Position numbers and translations under genes: made by a program
Assembly (NCBI GenBank): GCA_963734845.1
Contig: CAVTIS010000018.1
Coordinates: 2,482 to 66,481 of the forward strand
Origin: an uncultured delta proteobacterium
GTDB taxonomy: Bacteria > Desulfobacterota > Binatia > Binatales > Binataceae
Direction: 5' to 3'
Length of the DNA stretch: 64,000 bases
Notes under the pieces: generated by a model
Seen by the model: the letters and a program-made list of their open reading frames with translations, nothing else
Told to the model about the DNA's origin: nothing
The model's database searches: none
In this document: positions 51,370 to 60,806 of the stretch, piece by piece
Numbering within the stretch: position 1 is the stretch's first letter
How the letters are laid out: the number at the start of each line of letters is the position of its first letter

Positions 51370-52068
51370 ATGAAGGCCACGCTCTATCAGTTCGCAACCA
51401 GCCCCTTCTGCTCCAAGGTGCGCAAGATTCTCGACTACAAGGGCGTCGACTACCAGAGAGTCGAGGTCGACTACGTCGAACGCAAGGAATTGATCGCGGC
51501 CTCGGGCCAAATCATGGTTCCGGCGCTCAGGCTCGAGCATCTCCAGGGCGAAGGCGAGGGCGGCGATGTCGAGACGGTCATTGACTCCGACCGGATCGCG
51601 ATGCGCCTGGAGGAGTTGTGCCCCGAGCCGACGATTTTGCCGGCGCGCAGCCGCGGTCTGCACCTGGCGCTCGCCCGCTACATCGACAGCGCAGTCGAGG
51701 AGGCGCTTTTTTGCGCCGCGGTCCCTGACGAGGAAAAATACTTCACCCGCCAGGGCGCCGATCGCCGCGCGATGTTTCGCTTCATTCGCGACCGCAAGTA
51801 CGGCGCCGGATTCTGCGACCGGATGGAGCGCGAGCACGAGGCCAACATGGTCCGCGTGCGCGACATACTGGAGCCGTTCGAGATGGCGCTCGAGCACGGC
51901 GCGTTTCTGCTCGGTGGCCCCGGGCTGGCCGACTTTGCACTCTATGGCCAGCTACATTTCCTCGCGCTTACGGATGTGCTCAAGATTCCGCACGAGCTTG
52001 CGCGCCTGCGCGAATTCTACGGTCGCGTCGATCGGATCACAGCGGCGCTGGAGGATGCGGGAACCTAG
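51370..52068 (+). CDS. Glutathione S-transferase-like protein
   Basis: N-terminal thioredoxin-like GST domain (LYQFATSPFCSKVRKIL ... VPAL) plus helical C-terminal domain. Confidence 0.65.
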   Translation: MKATLYQFATSPFCSKVRKILDYKGVDYQRVEVDYVERKELIAASGQIMVPALRLEHLQGEGEGGDVETVIDSDRIAMRLEELCPEPTILPARSRGLHLALARYIDSAVEEALFCAAVPDEEKYFTRQGADRRAMFRFIRDRKYGAGFCDRMEREHEANMVRVRDILEPFEMALEHGAFLLGGPGLADFALYGQLHFLALTDVLKIPHELARLREFYGRVDRITAALEDAGT

Positions 52069-52508
52069 GCTATTTCGACCACTGCGGCATGTAGAAAGCG
52101 GCTGAACAGTGCGCCGGTCGAGTCCAGCGCCACGTCATAGAGCGACGGCCCGCGGCTCGGCACGAACAGCTGATGACCCTCGTCCAGTAGCGCGTAGAAC
52201 ACGCACAGTCCGAAAGCGAAGTAGGGGCGCCCGCGCAACGGCCCACTCACCAACAGCCAGAACAGAATCGCGTAGTTGGTGAAATGCGCGGCCTTGCGCA
52301 CGAAGCCGTGTGCGAGCGCGATCGTCGCCGCCGAGGCGCCCGGCATCAAAAAGCGCAGGATCGGATCGATGAATTTCGAAGTATTATCAGCCGAGAAATA
52401 CGAGGTCGAAAAGACGAAGATGATGATCGCCCACGCCACCACCGGCGTCCACTTGGTCAACGAGCGTTCGACTGTTTCACCCGAATTCACCGCGACGGCG
52501 CCGCTCAT
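52065..52508 (-). CDS. VanZ-family membrane protein
   Basis: KAAHFTNYAILFWLL and DEGHQLFVPSRGPSLYDVALDSTGA motifs. Confidence 0.7.
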   Translation of the reverse strand: MSGAVAVNSGETVERSLTKWTPVVAWAIIIFVFSTSYFSADNTSKFIDPILRFLMPGASAATIALAHGFVRKAAHFTNYAILFWLLVSGPLRGRPYFAFGLCVFYALLDEGHQLFVPSRGPSLYDVALDSTGALFSRFLHAAVVEIA

Positions 52509-52705
52509 GCAAGAGTCCTTGTCATAATTTGATTATTCAGCCGAGCGCGTTGGCAGCTGCTGCGAGCGCATTGTTACTGTTCCGTTGCACCGGCGGTCAA
52601 GGCTAGCATGGGTGGGAGAACGGTCAAACTCGGGAGATTAAAAGCTGGACATAAAGGTAAGTTCCTGACCGCGGATCTCGTTATCTACCAAAGGAATTAA
52701 CGCGT

Positions 52706-54223
52706 ATGAGCCAGATCTGGACTATCGCCGAGACCCATCCGGTACCGCCCTGCACGATCGTGATCTTCGGCGCCTCGGGCGATCTTGCCGCACGCAAGTT
52801 GCTGCCGGCGCTCTACAACCTCGAGCATTGCGGCCAGGAGGCGATACCGCCCAAGAGCGCAATCCTGGGTTTCGCGCGCCGCGAGATGTCGACCGATGCA
52901 TTTCGCACCAAGGCACGCGAGGCAGCTGAACGCTACTCGCGCCTGAAGATCGATGAGGCGTGCTGGCAGCGTTTCGCGAATAACCTCGACTACCTGTCGG
53001 GAATGGATCGCCCCGACGGTTTCGCGCGCCTCAAGAGCCGCCTGGAGGAAATCGAACGCAAGCGCGGCTTGCCGCCCAACCGCATCTATTACCTCTCGGT
53101 GCCGCCCGAGGCGATCACCGAGACGGTCGCAAAACTTCACGGCGCCGGCCTGATCGCGCCCTCCGAGTCTCCGCATTTCACCCGTATCGTGGTCGAGAAG
53201 CCGATCGGTCACGACCTGCACAGTGCGCTCCATATCATCAGCTCGATGCGCAAGTTTTTCGCCGAGAGCCAGATCTTTCGCATCGACCACTACCTCGGCA
53301 AAGAGACGGTGCAGAACCTGATGGTGCTGCGGTTCGCCAACAGCATCTTCGAGGAGCTCTGGAACAATCGCCGCGTCGACCACGTCCAGATAACCGTCTC
53401 CGAAGAGGAAGGGCTGGGCACGCGCGCGATGTACTACGACGGCGCCGGCGCACTGCGCGACATGGTGCAGAACCACATGCTGCAAGTGATGGCGCTGACC
53501 GGGATGGAACCGCCGGTGTCGCTCGCCGCCGACGCCGTGAGCGACGCCAAGAGCAACGTCATCCGCTCGTTGCGGCCCTTCGATCCGGAGGATGTGCGCA
53601 AGCTGGTGGTGCGCGGCCAGTACGCCGCGGGCGAACTCGGCGGCAAACAGGTTCCCGGCTACTTGCAGGAGGAAGGCATCCGCGAGACCTCGCGCACCGA
53701 GACCTTCGTCGCGCTAAAGGCGCTGGTCGACAACTGGCGATGGGCCAGCGTGCCGTTCTACCTGCGCACGGGCAAGCGTCTGCCGCGGCGCGCGAGCACC
53801 ATATTCGTGCAGTTCAAGCGGGTGCCGGAAATCCTGTTCAACCGCCGCGTCAGGTTATCGCCGGACGTGCTGGCGATCCGAATCCAGCCCGACGAAGGCT
53901 TCTCGCTCGAAGTGCTCGCCAAGCGGCCCGGCCTGGACATTACCATTCAGCCGGTGCGGATGGACCTTCACTACGCAGCGGAGTTCGGCAACGACTCTCC
54001 CGACGCCTACGAGCGTCTGCTGCTCGACGTTATGGCGGGCGACCATACGCTGTTCCTGGGATCCCGTTTCGTCCAGCGCTCGTGGGAATTCGTCCAGGGA
54101 ATTCTCGATCAATGGCAGGCCGACCAGGGAATTCCCTTGGAGCCTTACGCGGCCGGAACCTGGGGGCCTAAAGCAGCCGACGATCTGATTCAAGCCGACG
54201 GCCGCGAGTGGTTTGAACCGTAG
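52706..54223 (+). CDS. zwf: Glucose-6-phosphate 1-dehydrogenase
   Basis: IFGASGDLAARKL, RIDHYLGKE, and EKP motifs. AAAGGAA RBS. Confidence 0.95.
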   Translation: MSQIWTIAETHPVPPCTIVIFGASGDLAARKLLPALYNLEHCGQEAIPPKSAILGFARREMSTDAFRTKAREAAERYSRLKIDEACWQRFANNLDYLSGMDRPDGFARLKSRLEEIERKRGLPPNRIYYLSVPPEAITETVAKLHGAGLIAPSESPHFTRIVVEKPIGHDLHSALHIISSMRKFFAESQIFRIDHYLGKETVQNLMVLRFANSIFEELWNNRRVDHVQITVSEEEGLGTRAMYYDGAGALRDMVQNHMLQVMALTGMEPPVSLAADAVSDAKSNVIRSLRPFDPEDVRKLVVRGQYAAGELGGKQVPGYLQEEGIRETSRTETFVALKALVDNWRWASVPFYLRTGKRLPRRASTIFVQFKRVPEILFNRRVRLSPDVLAIRIQPDEGFSLEVLAKRPGLDITIQPVRMDLHYAAEFGNDSPDAYERLLLDVMAGDHTLFLGSRFVQRSWEFVQGILDQWQADQGIPLEPYAAGTWGPKAADDLIQADGREWFEP

Positions 54224-54408
54224 AGAGGCTACGCAGGGCGGCCAAATCGGGAGCGGTCAGCCTTGTCGCCATTTCCTCTGGAATTTCAAGAGCTTAACGA
54301 CAGTACCCTCGTTTATTCGGTAAGCGTGTCCACAGACTGTCGACAGAGTTATCAACAGGCGAAATCCGCCTCTGAGCGCAGCGAAATTTGCGCTGGGATG
54401 CGGGCTTT

Positions 54409-54600
54409 CTAGGCGTGCCGATGCATCGGGCACTGCGCCCCGTGGCTGCCGCCCTTGCAGCACGACTGTGACGGGCAGCATGCCTGCTTGCTCTGGCAGC
54501 AAGCCGGCGTATCGTTGCGGCCGGCCATTACATATCCGCCCGTGCCCAGAACTCCGATCAACGCGACGGCAGCGATTGCTCTAAGCGACATCCGTTTCAT
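54409..54600 (-). CDS. Small secreted cysteine-rich peptide (putative periplasmic metal-binding protein)
   Basis: 63 aa. Sec-type signal peptide MKRMSLRAIAAVALIGVLGTGGYVMA; mature about 36 aa with 7 Cys (three CC pairs), 3 His, 1 Met. AAGGGAG RBS 7 nt upstream. Confidence 0.5.
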   Translation of the reverse strand: MKRMSLRAIAAVALIGVLGTGGYVMAGRNDTPACCQSKQACCPSQSCCKGGSHGAQCPMHRHA

Positions 54601-54891
54601 AGCCCGCTCCCTTGGCCCGCTCCCTTGGTTAGTTCGCGAATCCGTGGCTCACTGTTTCCACCCGGCCGCCCAGTATAAGCCCGGCGCAGCGCTTAGGGCA
54701 AAGCCGCCGCTCCGCTCACGAACTTTCATGAACTTTCGCTCCGGTGGCGCGAAAGGCGCAGCGTGCGCTAACCTAGATTGTTAACGATGAAGCGCGCGCG
54801 CACTTTATTTCGACCGCCCGATTTTCGATCGCGGCCGCCCGTTCGGGGCGCATAACGAAGCGGAGCGCGCTTGAGCGCAAGGAGATTTACC

Positions 54892-56130
54892 ATGGCCAAC
54901 TCACAGAGCGTCTATATCCTCGGCGGTGGGCAGAGCGACTTCGCCCGCAACTGGAATAAAGAGGGCAAGCATTTTTCCGCCGTCATGCGCGAGACCGTGA
55001 ACGGCGCAATGGAGCGGGCGCGAATCGAACCGCGCGAAATTCAGACCGCGCACGTCGGCAATTTTGCCGCGGAACTCTACGGCAAGCAGGGCCAGCTCAA
55101 CGCTTTTTTTCTCGAGGTCGATCCGCAATTCTCGGGCATCCCGACCTCGCGTCACGAAGCCGCCTGCGCCTCGGGTTCGATTGCGATCCTCGCGGCGTCG
55201 GCCGATATCGAAGCCGGCCACTACGACCTGGCTGCCGTGGTCGGCCTGGAACAGATGAAGACCGTCGATTCCGCGACTGGCGGCGACTTCCTCGGCACCG
55301 CGGGATGGTACGAGCGCGAGTGCAAGGGCGTTGCATATCCGTTCCCGGCGCTGTTCGGGCGCCTGGGCGACGAATACGACAAGCGCTACGGGCTCAAGGA
55401 CGAATACCTGGCGCGCATCTCGTCGATCAATTTCTCCAACGCCCGGCGCAACCCGCTCGCGCAGACGCGCGGTTGGCCTCACAGCGAAAGCGATCCGCAG
55501 CAGGCGAAAAAATTCGATCAGCCGATCGCCGGCCGAATCAAGGTGCGCGATTGCTCGCAGGTGACCGACGGCATCGCGGTGCTATTCCTGGCCTCGGAAA
55601 AATTCGCCGCCGAATACGCTAAGCGGCGCGATCTGAAACTCGAGGAATTACCGCGCATCCTCGGTTGGGGCCATCACACCGCGCCGATCGAATTCGACAA
55701 GAAGGTCGCCGAGAGCCGCGAGGACCTCTACGTGCTGCCGCATACGCGCGAGGCAATTCTCGACGCGTTTCGCCGCGCCGGGCTTTCCGGAGTCACCGAG
55801 GTCTCGGGGATCGAGACCCACGACTGCTTCACCACTTCCGAGTACATGGCGATTGACCACTTCGGCATCACCAAGCCCGGCGAATCGTGGAAGGCGATCG
55901 AGGAAGGCGCGATCGAAATGGGCGGCAAGATGCCGATCAATCCCAGCGGCGGTCTTATCGGCGTGGGCCATCCGGTCGGCGGCACCGGCGTGCGCCAGAT
56001 GCTCGATTGCTATCGTCAGGTGACCGACACGGCGGGTGAGTACCAGGTCAAGGACGCCAAGCGTTTCGCGATGCTCAATATTGGCGGCAGCGGCACGACC
56101 AGTTGCTCGTTCGTGGTAGGCAAGAACTAG
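54892..56130 (+). CDS. Thiolase-like protein (SCP-x / nonspecific lipid-transfer thiolase family)
   Basis: Active-site Cys context EAACASGSIAI, C-terminal GHPVGGTG and NIGGSGTT. AAGGAG RBS. Confidence 0.85.
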   Translation: MANSQSVYILGGGQSDFARNWNKEGKHFSAVMRETVNGAMERARIEPREIQTAHVGNFAAELYGKQGQLNAFFLEVDPQFSGIPTSRHEAACASGSIAILAASADIEAGHYDLAAVVGLEQMKTVDSATGGDFLGTAGWYERECKGVAYPFPALFGRLGDEYDKRYGLKDEYLARISSINFSNARRNPLAQTRGWPHSESDPQQAKKFDQPIAGRIKVRDCSQVTDGIAVLFLASEKFAAEYAKRRDLKLEELPRILGWGHHTAPIEFDKKVAESREDLYVLPHTREAILDAFRRAGLSGVTEVSGIETHDCFTTSEYMAIDHFGITKPGESWKAIEEGAIEMGGKMPINPSGGLIGVGHPVGGTGVRQMLDCYRQVTDTAGEYQVKDAKRFAMLNIGGSGTTSCSFVVGKN

Positions 56131-56154
56131 AGGAGCGCGGGCGGCAGGTAGAAA

Positions 56155-57747
56155 ATGCCCGACACATTGCCGAGTTTCTCGCTCGACGACCAGCATCGCC
56201 GCGCACATTCGTTCCCCGGCGGGCGGCCCGCGCTGCTCTGCTTCGTCAAGGAAGATTGCCCGACTTGCGGCCTGACGATGCCGCTGATCGAGGCGGCGGC
56301 GCAGGCCTTTCGCGGTAAAGTCGATGTGGTCGCGATCGGCCAGGACGCGGCCGGCAATGCGCTTCTCGTCGAGCGGCACAAGTTCACGGCGCCGATGCTC
56401 GATGATTCGGATCTGAAAATCTCTTACGCCTACAATGTCGAGATCGTTCCGACGATCATCCTCGCGGACGGCCGCGGAGCCGAATTGCGCCGCTTCGAAG
56501 GCTTCGACAAGTCCGATTGGCAGCGCGCGCTCGCGGATATAGCGCATCTGGCTGGTGGATCCGAGGCGCAAATCGATTGGAGCGCCTTCCCTAAATCGCG
56601 TCCCGGATGCGGCTCGAAATCGGTCGAACCCGGGGTGGCAGAGCGGCTCGCCGCCGCAGCGTCGGGCTCGCGCCTGCGCGCCCGTCAGATCGAGCTTGGC
56701 GCTGACGAAGACCCGTTCGAATTCATGTTCGAGCGTGGACTCACCGACGGCCTGCCGGTGGTGCCGCCGACGCCCGAGCGCGTGATGCGGATGCTCACCG
56801 GGACGCCGCGCGATCCGCAGGAAGTGATCGCGACCGTGCCGCCGAATCTGGCGCCGCTCACGATTGAGAAGGTTGCCGCCAACGCCGTGATGGCCGGGTG
56901 CAGGCCCGAATATTTGCCGGTAGTGATCGCGGTTCTCGAAGGGGTGTGCACCGACGAGTTCAATATTCATGGCGTGATGGCGACTACGGCAGGCGCCACA
57001 CCGATCGTCGTAGTCAACGGTCCGATCCGCCATCGGCTCGGCATGAACATGAAGGTCGGCGCGCTGGGCTCCGGCAATCGCGCGAACGCGACCATCGGGC
57101 GCGCGGTCAAGCTCGCGCTGCGCAACGTTGGCGGCGCGCGGCCGGGCGAGATCGAACGCACTGCGCTCGGCGGCCCGGGCAAGTACACCGCCTGCTATCC
57201 CGAATGGGAGGAGCGCAGCCCGTGGGAGCCGCTCCACGTCGAGCGCGGCTTTCGCGCCGAAGACAGCGTGGTAACGGTTTTCGGCCTGGAGCCGGGTCCG
57301 CGGCTGATCGTCGACCAACTCTCGCGCACCGCTCATGCGCTCGCCGGAAGCCTTGGGATGGCGCTCGAGAGCTGCTGGCATCCCAAGCTTCACGGTTACG
57401 GCGAAGTCCTGCTGGTCATCTCGCCCGAGCACGCCGACACGATCAAACGCGACGGCTGGAGCAAGGCGCAGGTGCGCAATCGAATCCAGGAGGCGAGCGC
57501 GCGGCCGATCCGCGAGCTGTTGCCCGACGCCAACGCCGGCGAAGGGATGGCGCTGCGGAATTTCGGTCTGAGCAATCCGACCCCGGAGCAACTCGAGCAG
57601 CGCATCCCGAAGTTCCGCAAGCCCGAGAATATCAATATCATCGTGACCGGCGGCGAGGCCGGCAAGTTTTCGAGCGCATTCGGTGGATGGTTCAGTGGGC
57701 CGATGGGCTCGATAAGCGTGAGCCGGAAAATCGAGGAGGTGACATGA
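56155..57747 (+). CDS. Thioredoxin-fold (CxxC) domain fused to large uncharacterized domain
   Basis: N-terminal LLCFVKEDCPTCGL thioredoxin-like motif. About 400-aa C-terminal region of unknown family. Its stop overlaps the next start (ATGA). Confidence 0.6.
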   Translation: MPDTLPSFSLDDQHRRAHSFPGGRPALLCFVKEDCPTCGLTMPLIEAAAQAFRGKVDVVAIGQDAAGNALLVERHKFTAPMLDDSDLKISYAYNVEIVPTIILADGRGAELRRFEGFDKSDWQRALADIAHLAGGSEAQIDWSAFPKSRPGCGSKSVEPGVAERLAAAASGSRLRARQIELGADEDPFEFMFERGLTDGLPVVPPTPERVMRMLTGTPRDPQEVIATVPPNLAPLTIEKVAANAVMAGCRPEYLPVVIAVLEGVCTDEFNIHGVMATTAGATPIVVVNGPIRHRLGMNMKVGALGSGNRANATIGRAVKLALRNVGGARPGEIERTALGGPGKYTACYPEWEERSPWEPLHVERGFRAEDSVVTVFGLEPGPRLIVDQLSRTAHALAGSLGMALESCWHPKLHGYGEVLLVISPEHADTIKRDGWSKAQVRNRIQEASARPIRELLPDANAGEGMALRNFGLSNPTPEQLEQRIPKFRKPENINIIVTGGEAGKFSSAFGGWFSGPMGSISVSRKIEEVT

Positions 57748-58262
57748 CTCGAATTGTTGACCCGACCGACGAACGCGTGCCGCTCAGCCGCACGCTCGCG
57801 TCGCGCCCGCAACGTCTGAGCGGCGTGGTGGCGCTGCTCGACATCGTCAAGCCGCGCGGCGACGTCCTGCTTGACCGGATCGAGCAGCGGCTTGCCGAGC
57901 GGGTGCCCGGCCTCGCGCTCAGGCGCTACCGCAAACCGACCTTCGCCAAACCGGCGCCCGACGAGCTGCGCCGCAGGATTGCCGCGGAGAGTGACTTCGT
58001 TATCGAAGCGCTTGCCGATTGAGGGTCGTGTACAACGTGCAGTGTGCACGACTCAGTATGGTTTGAAGTGAACGGCAAGCCCTCGGTGGTGGTAGCGTCC
58101 TCGACCTTCGTAGATGCGGCCGAGGCGCAGGCGCGCGCGCTCGGATTGCCGGAAGTCCGCCGCATTTTCGTGCCCCATCCGATCCAGGATGCGACCGACG
58201 ATGAGATGCGCGGGAAAGCCGACGCGATCGTCGAACGGCTGATCGAGGCGCTGACGAGTTAG
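57744..58262 (+). CDS. UGSC-type selenoprotein (in-frame TGA at 58020-58022 read as selenocysteine)
   Basis: Track ORFs 57744-58022 and 58044-58262 are in the same frame and separated only by a TGA. Readthrough gives ...EALAD-U-GSCTTCSVHDSVWFEV... (U-G-S-C, then a second Cys 3 residues on). GAGGAGG RBS before 57744; no RBS before 58044. Confidence 0.6.
58024..58051 (+). other. Putative SECIS-like hairpin immediately 3' of the in-frame UGA
   Basis: GUCGUGUACA / UGUGCACGAC 10-bp stem (one G-U) with 8-nt apical loop ACGUGCAG, starting 3 nt after the UGA. Confidence 0.45.
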
Positions 58263-58308
58263 CGCGCCGGTAAGCGCGGTCACACGCTCGCCCTTGGCAA
58301 TCCAGACG

Positions 58309-59475
58309 ATGGCTACGAGCAAGCCGCAGTTCTTCGACACCGCCGATCCCGATTCGATGCTGGCGCCGGCGCTGGAGGCCGAATGGTCGCCGGAAGGTGC
58401 GCCGCTTCCGCCAGCGCCCAATCTCCGCCCGCTTCTTTCGCCGCGACCCCATCGCATCATCGTCAAGGCGGTCAATTGGCTCGGCGACCTGGTGATGAGC
58501 GGGCCGGCGCTGCACGCCATCCACGACGCGTTTCCCGGCGCGCATCTCGCGGTGCTTGTCCGCCGCGAGTTGGCGAGCTTCTTCGACGGCGCGATGTGGG
58601 TGAACGAGGTGATTCCCTATCGCCTGCGCGGCGGGGTGGCGGGCCTGGGGGATCAGCTTTCGATCGTCAGACGAATTCGCGCGGGCCACTTCGACCTCGC
58701 GGTGGTTCTTCCCAACAGCTTTCAATCGGCGATGTGGATGCTGATGGCGGGCGTACAGCGGCGTGCCGGCTATGAGGCCGATCGCCGCGGCTTCATGCTG
58801 ACGCACAAAGTTGCGCCGCGCGCCGACGTCGAGCGCGCCCACCAGGTGTATCACTGGCTGACGATGGTCGCGGAGACGCTTGGCGCCAGGGGCGCTGCCG
58901 GCGCATATCATCTGGACGTGAATGTGCAGAGCCGCGACAAGATGCGCGGATGGCTCGCCCAGCGCCGCCTGCGGCCCGAGCGCCCGTTGATCGCGCTTGC
59001 GCCGGTAGCGGCTTATGGGCCGGCGAAGGAATGGCCGGTCGAGCGCTACGCAGCACTGGCCGATATCCTTGCGAAGCGCCACGGCGCCGAGTGCGTGCTG
59101 GTGGGCGGGATCGATGATCGTCCGCAGTGCCAACAGATCGCCGCGCAATGCAAGAGCAGTGCGCTCATCGCCGCCGCCGAGACCACCGTGGGCGAACTGA
59201 TCGCGCTGCTCTCGCTATGCCACGGCTTTGCCGGCAACGACTCGGGCTGTATGCATCTGGCGGGCGCGCTCGGCGTGCCGACCGTGGCGCTGTTCGGCTC
59301 GACCGATCCGATGCGCACGGGCCCGCTGGGGCCGCACTGCACGGTCATCTATCGCGGCCTGGAATGCAGCCCCTGCCTGGAACGGACCTGCCGGTTCGGA
59401 CACTACAACTGCCTGCGCGACATCGCAGCCGAAGAGGCCGCTGGCGCGCTCGAGGCGTACGAAATTTTCGCCTGA
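58309..59475 (+). CDS. Glycosyltransferase family 9 (LPS heptosyltransferase-like)
   Basis: KAVNWLGDLVMSGPAL, LALAPVAAYGPAKEWP, and GNDSGCMHLAGALGVPTVALFG. ATG at 58309; a TTG alternative lies at 58294. Confidence 0.8.
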   Translation: MATSKPQFFDTADPDSMLAPALEAEWSPEGAPLPPAPNLRPLLSPRPHRIIVKAVNWLGDLVMSGPALHAIHDAFPGAHLAVLVRRELASFFDGAMWVNEVIPYRLRGGVAGLGDQLSIVRRIRAGHFDLAVVLPNSFQSAMWMLMAGVQRRAGYEADRRGFMLTHKVAPRADVERAHQVYHWLTMVAETLGARGAAGAYHLDVNVQSRDKMRGWLAQRRLRPERPLIALAPVAAYGPAKEWPVERYAALADILAKRHGAECVLVGGIDDRPQCQQIAAQCKSSALIAAAETTVGELIALLSLCHGFAGNDSGCMHLAGALGVPTVALFGSTDPMRTGPLGPHCTVIYRGLECSPCLERTCRFGHYNCLRDIAAEEAAGALEAYEIFA

Positions 59476-59720
59476 TCGCGCCCTAGCGCCTTCATGCCCC
59501 ACGCCGTCAGCCTCGAGTTTGAACCCACCATTAGCGACCGGGCCGAACTGCTCGCGCTGATCGAAAGAGAGGCCGCTCCGTTCGGCAATCCGGCGAGAAC
59601 GTAGTCAGCCGGAGTGGGGGCGGGCGCGTCGGAAACGAGCGTTGAATTGAAAAACCCGCTACGCTTTGGCTTCGCCTGCTCGGGCCGTGTGTCGGCAGGG
59701 GCGGCGATGGGGGTTGAGCT

Positions 59721-60749
59721 ATGAAACTCAAGGAACTCGCGTCCCGGCTGGGCTTGACGCTGCGCGGCAGCGGCGAGGTCGAAATCGTCTCGCCGGCGCC
59801 GTTGGAGGCCGCGGCGTCGGGGACGATCATCTTCGTCGCCACGCCCAAGTACCTCGACGCGCTGCGCACCACGGCCGCGGCCTGCGCGATCGTACCGGCG
59901 GAGTTCGCCTCCGCCGCACCGTGCGCGGTGTTGCTGAGCGACAATCCTTATTCCGACTTCGCCCGCGTGCTGGAGATATTCTTTCCGCCCTACCGGCCCA
60001 CGGCGGGAATCGATCCGACCGCGCGCATCGCGCCCGACGCGAAGGTGGGCGACGGCGCCTCGGTCGGCGCTTACTGCGTAATTGGTGCGGGCGTGACGAT
60101 CGGCCGCGACGCGGTGATCCATCCCCATGTCACGATCTATCCGGGAGTGCGCGCGGGCGAGCGTTTGGTCTGCCACAGCGGCGTTGCGATTCGCGAGAAC
60201 GTGACGATCGGCAATCGCGTAACGATTCTCAACGGCGCGGTGATCGGCGCCGAGGGCTTCGGCTTTGTCGAGCAGGCGGGTGCGCTGGTGCGGATTCCGC
60301 AGGTCGGCGCGGTTGCGATCGAAGATGACGTGGAAGTCGGCGCGCTGGCCACGATCGATCGCGCGACGATGGGTGCCACGGTGATCCGGCGCGGGGCCAA
60401 GCTCGATAACCACGTGCACATCGGCCACAACTGCGAAGTCGGCGAATACTCGCGCTTCTCCGCCCAGGTCGGCCTCTCCGGCTCGGTCAAGGTCGGACGC
60501 TGGTGCCAGTTCGGAGGACAGGTGGGGGTGGCCGATCATGCGCAGATAGGCGACCGCGTGCGGGTGGTCGCGCAGTCGGGAATCCCGCACGATCTCGCCG
60601 ACGAGGCCACGGTTGGCGGCACCCCGGCGGTCGATGTGCGTATATGGCGGCGGATGGCTGCCATCGTGCCGCGGCTGCCGGCGGCGATGCGCCGCCTGCG
60701 CGCAATCGAGGAAAGGCTGGGGTTGCGCGAGGCGAACCAGGATCGATGA
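59721..60749 (+). CDS. lpxD: UDP-3-O-(3-hydroxyacyl)glucosamine N-acyltransferase
   Basis: Left-handed beta-helix hexapeptide repeats and conserved catalytic His region (HNCEVGEYSRF). Confidence 0.9.
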   Translation: MKLKELASRLGLTLRGSGEVEIVSPAPLEAAASGTIIFVATPKYLDALRTTAAACAIVPAEFASAAPCAVLLSDNPYSDFARVLEIFFPPYRPTAGIDPTARIAPDAKVGDGASVGAYCVIGAGVTIGRDAVIHPHVTIYPGVRAGERLVCHSGVAIRENVTIGNRVTILNGAVIGAEGFGFVEQAGALVRIPQVGAVAIEDDVEVGALATIDRATMGATVIRRGAKLDNHVHIGHNCEVGEYSRFSAQVGLSGSVKVGRWCQFGGQVGVADHAQIGDRVRVVAQSGIPHDLADEATVGGTPAVDVRIWRRMAAIVPRLPAAMRRLRAIEERLGLREANQDR

Positions 60750-60806
60750 GAGGTGAGCCGGCGTGGTATTTTCGAGTGCGAACCGTGTGCGGTCAGGAGG
60801 GGAGAG

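Noticed and set aside
54603-54628. Tandem 13-bp duplication CCCGCTCCCTTGG x2 upstream of the small Cys-rich gene
   Set aside because: Only two copies, and it overlaps the RBS region of that gene. It is probably a local slippage duplication rather than a functional repeat.
57744-58262. Two separate small genes (57744-58022 and 58044-58262), or a pseudogene broken by a premature stop
   Set aside because: The frames are identical and the only interruption is TGA within a U-G-S-C motif. The second part has no RBS and a hairpin follows the TGA. Selenocysteine readthrough is the better explanation.
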